64,000 nt of DNA from Macrostomum lignano (taxonomy: Eukaryota): NCBI GenBank assembly GCA_002269645.1, contig NIVC01000542.1, positions 186,001-250,000 of the forward strand, written 5' to 3'. The number at the start of each line of letters is the position of its first letter. Position 1 is the first letter of the stretch. Shown here piece after piece: positions 13,301 to 23,200 of this stretch. The position numbers were made by a program, and so were the translations under genes. The notes under the pieces were generated by a model. The model did no database searches. It had not been told where the DNA came from and saw only the letters and a program-made list of their open reading frames with translations.

Positions 13301-16067
13301 CACTTTCGAGAAGTGCAATCGAAATCGTTATGCTGCTTGCCTATGCATTGGTATTCGGGTCTAAAATAAGCCTGTAGCTGTCAGTTGTGACTGACAGTCA
13401 ATGGCGGACATGCTAGCGCCCCACTTGCCTGGTGTTTGGTGCAGGTAGTTCGAAAATGCCACGAAATCTCTACGATTTTCAGACACGACCCAAGTAGTTC
13501 GCTTTCTGATACTTTTTTGAGACCGGCCTTAATCGCAGTTCAAATATGATGTTGAATCTTATAGAAATTCCAATTGATTTCAAAACGAAACCAAACCGCT
13601 GTAATTCTGGCGTGGAGCCGGCCTTCAAAACATTTCCTAGAAACATTAAATATTCTCATTCAGTGGTGAATGCTTCTGCCTATCCTAATTCTCATTGACG
13701 CTGCCATGCCAACCGCAGGAGAAGACCCGCCGGCCGTCAGTGTTCGAGCTCATGTTCAAGCGGCCACAGCGGGACGCCCAGGGCTCCTCGGTCAGCGAGG
13801 AAGACAGCGGCGGCAGCGACCAGGAGCTGCGCCAGCCCGACGCAGCCGGCCTCGTCAGCCTGGACCGCCTGCACAGCCTCGTCAACGGCCTCTGCCGGGA
13901 CCTACTGGCCGCCCGGACCCGACTGGCTGACAAATTTAAGGAGGAGGCCCGCCTGCGCCAGGAGCTCCAGGAGCTGAGGGCCGCCCGCGAGACCGAAGGC
14001 CATCGCAGCCAGGATTCGCTGCTGGAGACGGTGAGGCGCTGGCGGGATGGCGCGGAGAGACTGGGAAGGGAAGATGGAGGATGGGGAGTAGAGTGAGATG
14101 AGAATATTAGAGCGTACGTAAGTTTATTCCGTTTTAATATATTTTCTTTGGATTCTTCAGAATGTGCGCAAAATCATGTGCCCAGAATCATGTGCCCAGA
14201 ATCATGAACACAGAATCATGAACACAGAATCATGAACACAGAATCATGAACACAGAATCATGAACACAGAATCATGAACACAGAATCATGAACACAGAAT
14301 CATGAACACAGAATCATGAACACAGAATCATGAACACAGAATCATGAACACAGAATCATGAACACAGAATCATGAACACAGAATCATGAACACAGAATCA
14401 TGAACACAGAATCATGTGCACAGAATCATGAACACAGAATCATGAACACAGAATCATGAACACAGAATCATGTGCACAGAATCATGAACACAGAATCATG
14501 AACACAGAATCATGAACACAGAATCATGAACACAGAATCATGAGCACACAATCATGTGCACAGAATCATGAACACAATCATGAACACAGAATCATGAACA
14601 CAGAATCATGAACACAGAATCATGAACACAGAATCATGAGCACACAATCATGTGCACAGAATCATGAACACAATCATGAACACAGAATCATGAACACAGA
14701 ATCATGAACACAGAATCATGTGCACAGAATCATGAACACAGAATCATGAACACGGAATCATGAACACAGAATCATGAACACAGAATCATGAGCACACAAT
14801 CATGTGCACAGAATCATGAACACAATCATGAACACAGAATCATGAACACAGAATCATGAACACAGAATCATGAACACAGAATCATGTGCACAGAATCATG
14901 AACACAGAATCATGAACACAGAATCATGAACACAGAATCATGAACACAGAATCATGTGCACACAATCATGTGCACAGAATCATGAACACAATCATGAACA
15001 CAGAATCATGAACACAGAATCATGAACACAGAATCATGAGCACACAATCATGTGCACAGAATCATGAACACAATCATGAGCACAGAATCATGTGCACAGA
15101 ATCATGAACACAATCATGAACACAGAATCATGAACACAGAATCATGTGTATTACTTCAGAATCATTTATGACGTGTGGAGCCAGGGGTTTACAAAATAGA
15201 ATTAGTGCTGATTTCTACAATAGTTGCACAGCAAAACGGGATCGCATCGGAAACATTCACAGCTCGGACCAATCAGAACCGCGGAGAGAAAAATGGCTGC
15301 AAGATTTTATCATCAGGCCTTGGCCCACTTTCAAGACCAGCACACGGTTGCCCCACCCCCCTCCCCCCATTCAGATCCGGCTGCAGCGGGCGGAGCTCGA
15401 TGCGGAGAAGGCCCGGTTCCGGGACAGCCAGAGGCGCGAGCTGGCCCGCCTGGAGACGCGCAAAGAGGATCTGGAGCGCAAGGAGGAGGCGCAGCGCCAG
15501 CGCCAGGAGGAGCTGGAGCGGCAGCAGGCCAGCCTCACCGAGCAGAAGCGAACCCTGCAGATGCAGTTCGACCAGTACAACAGCATGCGGATGCAGCACG
15601 CCAAGTCCTTTAGCGACGACTTCATGGAGCCGCCGCCCCAGCAGCAGCAGCACCCGGCGGGGAAGCCCGCGCACCATCAGCCGTCGCCAAGCGCCATCCT
15701 GACTGTCCCGACAGGCGCTTGCGGCAGCGGCAGCCTGACAGTGTCGTCAGCCAAGGGCCACTCGAAGTCCACCAGCAACCTGGCGCCGGCCGCAGCGCAG
15801 CCGCAGGTGCCGCCGCACCTCACCTCCCGTCTCATCGAGGACCGGCAGGCCAGGGAGAACGGCGCCGGCCCCGCGCTGACTTCGCCGACGCAGCACACCA
15901 GACTGTCGCCTTCCGCGTCGAGAGCTTCCGGAGGCGGAGTGGCGCAGACGGCGCTGCCGCCGCAGCTGCCGCTGCACCTGGCGTCGGACTCGAAGAAGCG
16001 CAAAAGCACCTCCGTGTTCAAGGTGCTGCGGCGCAACGGCGAGTCGGACTCGACGATCAACAACTAG
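4304..16067 (+). CDS. Dbl-family RhoGEF (DH-PH plus C-terminal coiled coil; Lbc/ARHGEF2/18-like), 5'-partial. Exons about 4304(alt. 4239)-5006, 5921-6490, 11494-12078, [12718-12771 possible cassette], 13719-14030, 15375-16067
   Basis: DH motifs RRCNFIYELVSTELSHLRNIRVL and KTLQ|DFYLMLTQRLSKYKTLF joined across a phase-0 GT-AG intron. PH domain ends ...LEERNKWLRRINQ. A long E/R/Q coiled coil follows. All downstream junctions are phase 0, with stop TAG at 16065-16067. Subfamily assignment is inferred from architecture. Confidence 0.88.
5021..5862. repeat. Intronic minisatellite, about 22 bp unit GAGCAGTTTCCCTTGAGGATTT
   Basis: Tandem array filling RhoGEF intron 5007-5920. Confidence 0.95.
6486..6934. 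repeat. Intronic minisatellite, 25 bp unit ACCAGGTGGGTCAGGTGTGGTGCTG, overlapping the exon 3' end and splice donor (left part, about 18 copies)
   Basis: The first unit begins in the last 5 nt of the exon (ACCAG|GTGGGT). The array is interrupted by the LTR element. Confidence 0.95.
6935..7146 (+). repeat. 5' LTR (212 bp)
   Basis: Direct repeat of 11115-11326; starts TGTTG and ends AAACA. Confidence 0.97.
7147..7159 (+). promoter_or_regulatory. Primer-binding site TGGCGACGAGGAT (complementary to a tRNA 3' end, probably tRNA-Ser GCT)
   Basis: Lies immediately after the 5' LTR and begins TGG (pairs with tRNA CCA). The tRNA identity is recalled from the ...ATCCTCGTCGCCA 3' end and was not checked. 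Confidence 0.8.
7208..11065 (+). CDS. Gag-Pol polyprotein (1285 aa): two CCHC knuckles, aspartic protease, RT, RNase H, integrase
   Basis: CHTCGKSGHLRSAC and CHKCGKVGHLATVC; LVDTGS; RLCGDY...YQDD; ICDAS...NYANIEREALAI; H-x3-H...CxxC; VHVD...SDNG...SNGQVER. The order PR-RT-RH-IN is Ty3/Gypsy. Confidence 0.97.
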   Translation: MAQSMEYRLGEMPLSYPEIEQYFKRLLFYLEATEKNEQAKAVLLATCGESAFNLVEELIKPEDITKAGVTFKSIQDTLLEHFKPKVLLHYERHVFHSTVQKDAESITNFVARLKQQANKCQYGELCEDLILSQFIFGLRSQNLRQKLLSKGTLELNDAIQEGLMTESIATATDKPETIANVQNAGTFSRPRSCSAQRSVSFKQPQGHLHNQSSGKPKGKTAKCHTCGKSGHLRSACRFREAKCHKCGKVGHLATVCRSKAMNAIQRMPSCSPSPGNTSSYHLELIHAVRQPKTGYSDQWFVRCRLGKTEVNMLVDTGSQVTVVPDQIAKSSGLELQPVSQKLRSYGGFQATVTSVIYGAKLQVIGGKSASENIYVGHDTTAILGMNFIPSLDLVRMDQAVRVSNEHKCLPVVRDQNSNFIASFRLRSGVSMEGMRFPARSLPFSMKSMVETELRRLLASGIIYSVKNPTVAAPIVPVVKPEGSVRPIRLCGDYSMTLNRLIDVDKYRFPKMEEILAKIPNAKFYTVLDLEQAFLQVALSPESQELTCISTHMGFFAFRYLQFGISAAPLIFQEIMDEVLRDVPFTASYQDDIIIGTPEDSAEKHMQLVRQVKDRLANCGFKINQRKSQECRREVRFLGFILRDGGMHPDPARMEAWKRLPYPKDKDQLRSALCTFRHYGVFCKNFSMIARPLYQLLKKGVHWSWHGKQSEAFDKLKSIIAGGVITAYDITKPLYLICDASKDGLGYVLAHDPMQRQVVWLGSRVLTPAESNYANIEREALAIVEGTRYFYQYLAGRKFTIISDHRPLQYIFNPNKVSERVSARIQRWALLLRAYDYNVMYVKGEKMYAADTLSRLPLQSDSADQKINLLEINALEGFGNSEQLLQRIVRTKDYKLDMLKKYIQDGWPAYTPPAMLPYARNKLEYTLQNGVIFKGLRIVPPSSLRSEILQMLHEDHPGIVRMLRLSRQYFWWPDIDAQINAFVQRCVQCQLHARKRSNANLSSWPETKSFFERVHVDIATFKGQRFLVLVDAFSKWVDVQSVPSMKASIVISALRKTFKYTGLPKNLVSDNGGTFVAEDFVTFLRENYIVHTLTPPGHHQSNGQVERVIEELKFHLRKLNAGANLSELERHLAGFCLFQNTTPHCNGSIPALLVFQQSPRTRLSAVCTERTRPVQEPVPVFVRVEHKEQRVPSELKSTVGTNTFRDAEGRLVHQSDATARTEELPIDDSKQSGITPRDTDATTCQDSATTSPMRHAMQSPRHKEHGVLEFRRSTRVRRPPERLTYY
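11115..11326 (+). repeat. 3' LTR (212 bp)
   Basis: Identical by eye to the 5' LTR; preceded by GGTGGGGG. Confidence 0.97.
11327..11422. repeat. Right part of the 25-bp donor-containing minisatellite (about 4 copies)
   Basis: The same unit resumes in register after the TSD. Confidence 0.93.
12195..12480. repeat. Intronic minisatellite, 30 bp unit made of two related 15-mers (TACTCAGTCAGAATGTACTCAGCCAGTGTG)
   Basis: Tandem array. Confidence 0.9.
14171..15148. repeat. Intronic minisatellite, 14 bp unit CAGAATCATGAACA
   Basis: Tandem array of about 70 copies. Confidence 0.96.
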
Positions 16068-16854
16068 CGGGCCGGATGAGCCCAGCGCACGGCTGAGCGC
16101 TCCGATGACTGGCTGCCTTGAAAAGCAGCGCCGACCAGCTCCCTCATTCAAGTCTCCACTGCGCCAATGCGGTTTCAACAGTCGGCAGTCGCTGATGAGC
16201 GGCGCTGCTCAACCGCGGATGCACCCTCGCTATTTTCCTCACTTGTCTTGTCATGAACAGAAATTTATTCTAGATCCCAAGATTTATGGCCCGGCAATCG
16301 CCTCCATTGAAAGACAGTCAGCCATAGTCGGTAACCGGATTGTGGGGCCAGCTTGAGTCCTAATTATCATATAAATATTCTATTTTTATTCGCGGCTAAA
16401 TTTCACAAAACAAAAACTGTCAAATGAATTTTTTTGAATTTCTGAGTCTGCAGATAATCGCTTTCTCTTCCTCAAATCCCTGTTCGCATCATTTTGAAGT
16501 TCTCCCGCGCACTGCTGGCATGCGGATGCGAAATACACTGTCAAAGAATTCAGCGCTACAGAGTCGCTCCACTGTGCATAAGCCCAACTGCGGATCCATC
16601 AACTGAAGCCAAGAATTTTTCTTTTGTATTACAGCGCTGGGAAACTTGCCCCCGCGTGTCACTTGGACACTTGGGTGGCAATTCAAACCCGTGCTTTAAA
16701 GTATTTTGTCATTGCATGTACACATATAATGACATAGAAAGTAGTACATGTAGAACAAAAGATTGATGTTTTATAAGCTGTAGCTGTCTCAGTACATCTT
16801 GGGTGCATGGACCACACACACTACTAATCTGCTTGTCGGTGGTTTCAACTGAAC

Positions 16855-18770
16855 TCGTCTCAAATGCATCGGTCTCAAATCCACCGGTCTCAAATGCACC
16901 GGTCTTAAACTCACCGGTCTCAAATGCACCTGTCTCAAAATGCACCTGTCTCAAAATGCACCTGTCTAAGTGCACCGGTCTCAAACGCACCGGTCTCAAA
17001 TGCACCTGTCTAAGTGCACCGGTCTCAAATGCACCGGTCTCAAATGCACCTGTCTAAGTGCACCGGTTTCAAATGCACCTGTCTAAGTGCACCGGTTTCA
17101 AATGCACCTGTCTAAGTGCACCGGTTTCAAATGCACCTGTCTAAGTGCACCGGTCTCAAATGCACCTGTCTAAGTGCACCGGTCTCAAATGCACCTGTCT
17201 AAGTGCACCGGTCTCAAATGCACCTGTATAAGTGCACCGGTCTCAAATGCACCTGTCTAAGTGCACCGGTTTCAAATGCACCTGTCTAAGTGCACCGGTC
17301 TCAAATGCACCTGTCTAAGTGCACCGGTCTCAAATGCACCTGTCTAAGTGCACCGGTCTCAAATGCACCGGTCTCAAATGCACCTGTCTAAGTGCACCGG
17401 TTTCAAATGCACCTGTCTCAAATGCACCTGTCTAAGTGCACCGGTTTCAAATGCACCTGTCTAAGTGCACCGGTTTCAAATGCACCTGTCTCAAAATGCA
17501 CCTGTCTAAGTGCACCGGTTTCAAATGCACCGGTCTCAAATGCACCTGTCTAAGTGCACCGGTCTCAAATGCACCGGTCTCAAATGCACCGGTCTCAAAT
17601 GCACCGGTCTCAAATGCACCGGTCTCAAACGCACCGGTCTCAAATGCACCGGTCTCAAATGCACCTGTCTAAGTGCACCGGTCTCAAATGCACCGGTCTC
17701 AAACGCACCGGTTTCAAATGCACCTGTCTAAGTGCACCGGTCTCAAATGCACCTGTCTAAGTGCACCGGTTTCAAATGCACCTGTCTAAGTGCACCGGTC
17801 TCAAATGCACCTGTCTAAGTGCACCGGTCTCAAATGCACCTGTCTAAGTGCACCGGTCTCAAATGCACCGGTTTCAAATGCACCGGTCTCAAATGCACCT
17901 GTCTAAGTGCACCGGTCTCAAATGCACCTGTCTAAGTGCACCGGTTTCAAATGCACCTGTCTAAGTGCACCGGTCTCAAATGCACCTGTCTAAGTGCACC
18001 GGTCTCAAATGCACCTGTCTAAGTGCACCGGTCTCAAATGCACCTGTCTAAGTGCACCGGTCTCAAATGCACCGGTTTCAAATGCACCGGTCTCAAATGC
18101 ACCTGTCTAAGTGCACCGGTCTCAAATGCACCGGTCTAAGTGCACCGGTCTCAAATGCACCTGTCTAAGTGCACCGGTCTCAAATGCACCTGTCTAAGTG
18201 CACCGGTCTCAAATGCACCTGTCTAAGTGCACCGGTCTCAAATGCACCGGTCTAAGTGCACCGGTCTCAAATGCACCTGTCTAAGTGCACCGGTCTCAAA
18301 TGCACCTGTCTAAGTGCACCGGTCTCAAATGCACCTGTCTAAGTGCACCGGTCTCAAATGCACCTGTCTAAGTGCACCGGTCTCAAATGCACCGGTTTCA
18401 AATGCACCGGTCTCAAATGCACCTGTCTAAGTGCACCGGTCTCAAATGCACCGGTCTAAGTGCACCGGTCTCAAATGCACCGGTCTCAAACGCACCGGTC
18501 TCAAATGCACCTGTCTAAGTGCACCGGTCTCAAATGCACCTGTCTAAGTGCACCGGTCTCAAATGCACCTGTCTAAGTGCACCGGTCTCAAATGCACCGG
18601 TCTCAAATGCACCTGTCTAAGTGCACCGGTCTCAAATGCACCTGTCTAAGTGCACCGGTCTCAAATGCACCTGTCTAAGTGCACCGGTCTCAAATGCACC
18701 TGTCTAAGTGCACCGGTCTCAAATGCACCGGTTTCAAATGCACCTGTCTAAGTGCACCGGTCTCAAATGC
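16855..18770. repeat. Intergenic minisatellite of 14-15 bp subunits (AAATGCACCGGTCTC / AAATGCACCTGTCT) forming 29-bp dimers
   Basis: Tandem array. Confidence 0.96.
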
Positions 18771-19284
18771 TATCTGCACAATTTAGGAGTGCAGCCCCCT
18801 AGAGCAACTTAGTTGCCCGTGAATCCTCAACCTTCGGCACAGAGACGAGAAAAAGGTAGAAACGAAGAGCAAATATTTGTGAGCAATCGAAGTATTGAAT
18901 TTAAACACACCGCAATGCAATAAATAAATATATTTCCATAGAGCAGCAGATTATTGCTTGAATTGAAAAGGCAAAACCATGCAAAAAAGGCTCGGCAGGC
19001 GGACAGTCTGAGCTCAGTGAGATTGGCGAACAGGAGCAAATCAGGCGCAGCCCAGTGCAAGGCTGGATACTGCAGATTAGCGGACTCGGCTGTGCGTACA
19101 TTGATTCACATTATTAATGCTTAACAGTTCAAACAGCAAGTCATTTTCTGCAAGTTCAAATCAAGACATCTAAATTTGCTTCTCGTATTACTTAAAGCTG
19201 CTTAATAACCGGGGCGAGCCCGTTTTGGGAAAGTCGAGGAAAACCGAGTGGAAAAGAGCTGGCTTGGACTGAGTGGGGTTGAAA

Positions 19285-19660
19285 ATGGTAGGGAGTGCAC
19301 ATTGGATGGATAGGGAGTGTACATCGGGTGGGAAGGGAGTGTACATTAGATGGGAGGGAGTGTACATTGGATGGTTGGGGAGTGTACATTGGATAAGTAG
19401 GGAGTGTACATTGGATAAGTAGGGAGTGTACATTGGATGGATAGGGAGTGTACATTGGATGGATAGGGAGTGTACATTAGATGGGAGGGAGTGTACATGG
19501 ATGGTTGGGGATGGTACATTGGGTGGGAAGGGAGTGTACATTGGATGGTTGGGGAGTGAACATTGGGTGGGAAGGGAGTGTACATAGGATGGTTGGGGAG
19601 TGTACATTGGGTGGGAAGGGAGTGAACATTGGGTGGGTAGGGAGTGCACATTGGGTGGGT
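19285..19660. repeat. G-rich minisatellite, about 22-23 bp unit GGGAGTGTACATTGGATGG(A/T)
   Basis: Degenerate tandem array. Confidence 0.9.
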
Positions 19661-20265
19661 AAAGCAGTTATAAGGCCGAGTCGATCAGCAAAGATCTGCA
19701 ACCGCGGCACCGTGTCGTGTGTAGAATCGGATTACATGGAAAATAAGCATCTGCAGGGCATTCAGTAAAAGCTTCGCTATTGACAAAAGCCAAATTCATT
19801 AGCAATTAATTCGCCACTCATAGAGTAAAAAATCTGCGCTACTAACAGTAGTAGTAGACAGAGCAGTTAAACAAATAAATTCGCTACTTAAAGAAGCTTA
19901 TTGCGGGTCGGCAAGAAAAGAGAATAAGTAATAAATAGAACTGCAAAGTCGCAGACTGGAGAGATTGCCACGGAGCAGAAAAAAGCAACACACTATTGCA
20001 GAAGCAAGCGCACACGGAAGCGCCAGCAGAAACACCCAACTCAAAGTAGCGATGGATAAAAAATAAACAAACAACTCGGCTAGACAGCAGCGGGGCCGGG
20101 AAGGCAAACTCGAGTTTTATAAGATAAGCCGCTGTAGACTTGTGCTATTGAAAGAACTCCTTGTACTATTGCAGCAGTTGAAGCAGTACGAATACAGCAC
20201 GCATATATATATATAATGAAATAGTTTATAATAGGTGTGCCGCAACTGTTGCTGACAGCGGTCGG

Positions 20266-23200
20266 TCAGGTTTCCATCCGCCTGACCATCTCCAGCACGC
20301 GGGAGTTCCTGTTGCTCGCGTCGGCAGCTGAAGAAGCTGAGCTCGGCTTGGCTGCTGTGGCGAGCGGCGGTCGAGGCGGTCGCTGCTGCGGCTGTCAAAT
20401 GCGGATGTGGGATGGGGGTATAGCCAGTCTGATGAAGGGAGGCTGCGGGCGCTGCCGCAATCCAGTTTGAATCAATCAAATTGACAAGCCAGTCTGATGA
20501 AGGGAGGCTGCGGGCGCTGCCGCAATCAAGTTTGAATCAATCAAATTGACAAGCCAGTTTGATGAAGGGAGGCTGCGGGCGCTGCCGCAATCCAGTTTGA
20601 ATCAATCAAATTTGACAAGCCAGTCTGATGAAGGGAGGCTGCGGGCGCTGCCGCAATCAAGTTTGAATCAATCAAATTGACAAGCCAGTTTGATGAAGGG
20701 AGGCTGCGGGCGCTGCCGCAATCAAGTTTGAATCAATCAAATTTGACAAGCCAGTCTGATGAAGGGAGGCTGCGGGCGCTGCCGCAATCAAGTTTGAATC
20801 AATCAAATTTGACAAGCTGGAAATTTTAGACTGGAACAACCTCGCTCATCCACTTTAATGAGTTCGAAGATACGAGACTTAGAGCTCGTGAAGTCTGATG
20901 GATTGACTCGCCCAGTCCGCCAGTCCCAGATAACGCACGCACGCGCTCGCACACGGTGGGCGCAAAGCGGCCCTGACTTTCTCTTCCTCGGGTGAAGCAC
21001 AAACTGCAGGAGTCCAAACTAATGATAGAATGTTTAGAGACTCGAACTCCGCACTTACCGGCTTGGCTTCCGCCGCAGTTGCAGGCGATTCATCAGCAGC
21101 TGGGGAGGCTGCCGTTGTCGGCGGCACATCGGCGGCTGCCTGCTGCTGCTGCAGCGGCGGTTCAGTGGCCAGCGCCGTCACAGGTCGGAGGCGCCGCCTA
21201 GCGAGAAACTCCGGGGTCGGTGTCGAAGTGGCAGCGGCGCCGGCCGTGGCAGCGGGAGCGGTCTCCTGCCGGCGCTTGACGAACACAACGGAGGTCGGGC
21301 GGAGAGCGGCGCCGCTGGCTGTCGGCGGCGGCTCCACGATGGGCAGCATGGCCTTGGCGGTCTGCACTGCCGTCTCCTCGCGGATGAAGTCCAGCAGAAG
21401 CGGGGCGGTCGCCGGACCGGCAGCCGCTGAGGTTGGCGAGGCCGCCGCTGAGGAGGCCGCAGAGCTCGAAGAGGCCGCGCCGGTCGCGCTGGCCGAGGCG
21501 GGCGAAGTCGGCCGGGTGGGCGGGCGGCGCCGGCGAACGGCCATGCGGTGGTGCGCGGCCGAGTGGTCAAGCGACTGCATGCCAGCGTCCAGCGATGCGG
21601 CGTCCGAGGCGGCTTCGTCGGCCACGGAGGAGCCGTATGACAGCAACGACCGCGTGGAGGCCGAGCGGCTGCCGCCGCCGCCACTGCCCATGATCCGACC
21701 GCCTCCTCCGCCGCTGCTGCCGGAGATGACGGCGGTGGGGCTGCGCGGGAGGCCTTCGTCATCAGAGGCGGAGGCCGCTGGTGGGCCGCCGCCAGACTGG
21801 GACCGCTCCGGCCGGGGCCGGAAGGAGGGCGGCCGCGGGCCGAGCACAATAGGCAGCTGGCGGTCGGACAGTTTCTGCTCCTAGAAGAGACGGGATAAAA
21901 AGAGATGAACAGCGGTGATAAACCGGGAGGAATAAGTAGATTGCTTTGAGAGGATTAAGAGTCATTTTTGGGATGAGGATTAAGAGACATTCTCAGGATG
22001 AGGATTAAGAGACATTCTCGGGATGAGGATTAAGAGACATTCTCGGGATGAGGATTAAGAGTCATTCTTAGGATGAGGATTAAGAGACATTCTCGGGATG
22101 AAGATTAAGAGACATTCTTAGGATGAGGATTAAGAGACATTGTCGGGATGAGGATTAAGAGACATTCTCGGGATGAGGATTAAGAGACATTCTCGGGATG
22201 AGGATTAAGAGTCATTCTCGGGATGGGGATTAAGAGACATTGTCGGGATGGGGATTAAGAGACATTCTCGGGATGAGGATTAAGAGACATTCTCAGTATG
22301 AGGATTAAGAGACATTCTCGGGATGAGGATTAAGAGACATTCTCGGGATGCGGATTAAGAGTCATTCTCGGGATGAGGATTAAGAGACATTCTCGGGATG
22401 AAGATTAAGAGACGTTCTCGGGATGAAGATTAAGAGATTCTCGGGATGAGGATTAAGAGACATTCTCGGGATGCGGATTAAGAGACATTCTCGGGATGAG
22501 GATTAAGAGTCATTCTCGGGATGAGGATTAAGAGACATTCTCGGGATGCGGATTAAGAGACATTGTCGGGATGAGGATTAAGAGATTCTCGGGATGAGGA
22601 TTAAGAGACATTCTCGGGATGGGGATTAAGAGACATTGTCGGGATGAGGATTAAGAGATTCTCGGGATGAGGATTAAGAGACATTCTCGGGATGCGGATT
22701 AAGAGACATTCTCGGGATGCGGATTAAGAGACATTCTCGGGATGCGGATTAAGAGTCATTCTCGGGATGAGGATTAAGAGACATTCTCGGGATGAAGATT
22801 AAGAGACGTTCTCGGGATGAAGATTAAGAGATTCTCGGGATGAGGATTAAGAGACATTCTCGGGATGGGGATTAAGAGACATTGTCGGGATGGGGATTAA
22901 GAGACATTCTCGGGATGAGGATTAAGAGACATTCTCGGGATGAGGATTAAGAGACATTCTCGGGATGCGGATTAAGAGTCATTCTCGGGATGAGGATTAA
23001 GAGACATTCTCGGGATGAAGATTAAGAGACGTTCTCGGGATGAAGATTAAGAGATTCTCGGGATGAGGATTAAGAGACATTCTCGGGATGCGGATTAAGA
23101 GACATTCTCAGGATGGGGATTAAGAGACATTGTCGGGATGAGGATTAAGAGATTCTCGGGATGAGGATTAAGAGACATTCTCGGGATGGGGATTAAGAGA

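Noticed and set aside
13377-13398. Perfect 8-bp hairpin CTGTCAGT-TGTG-ACTGACAG in RhoGEF intron 3
   Set aside because: It is isolated, is not followed by a Helitron-type CTRR end, and has no other support.
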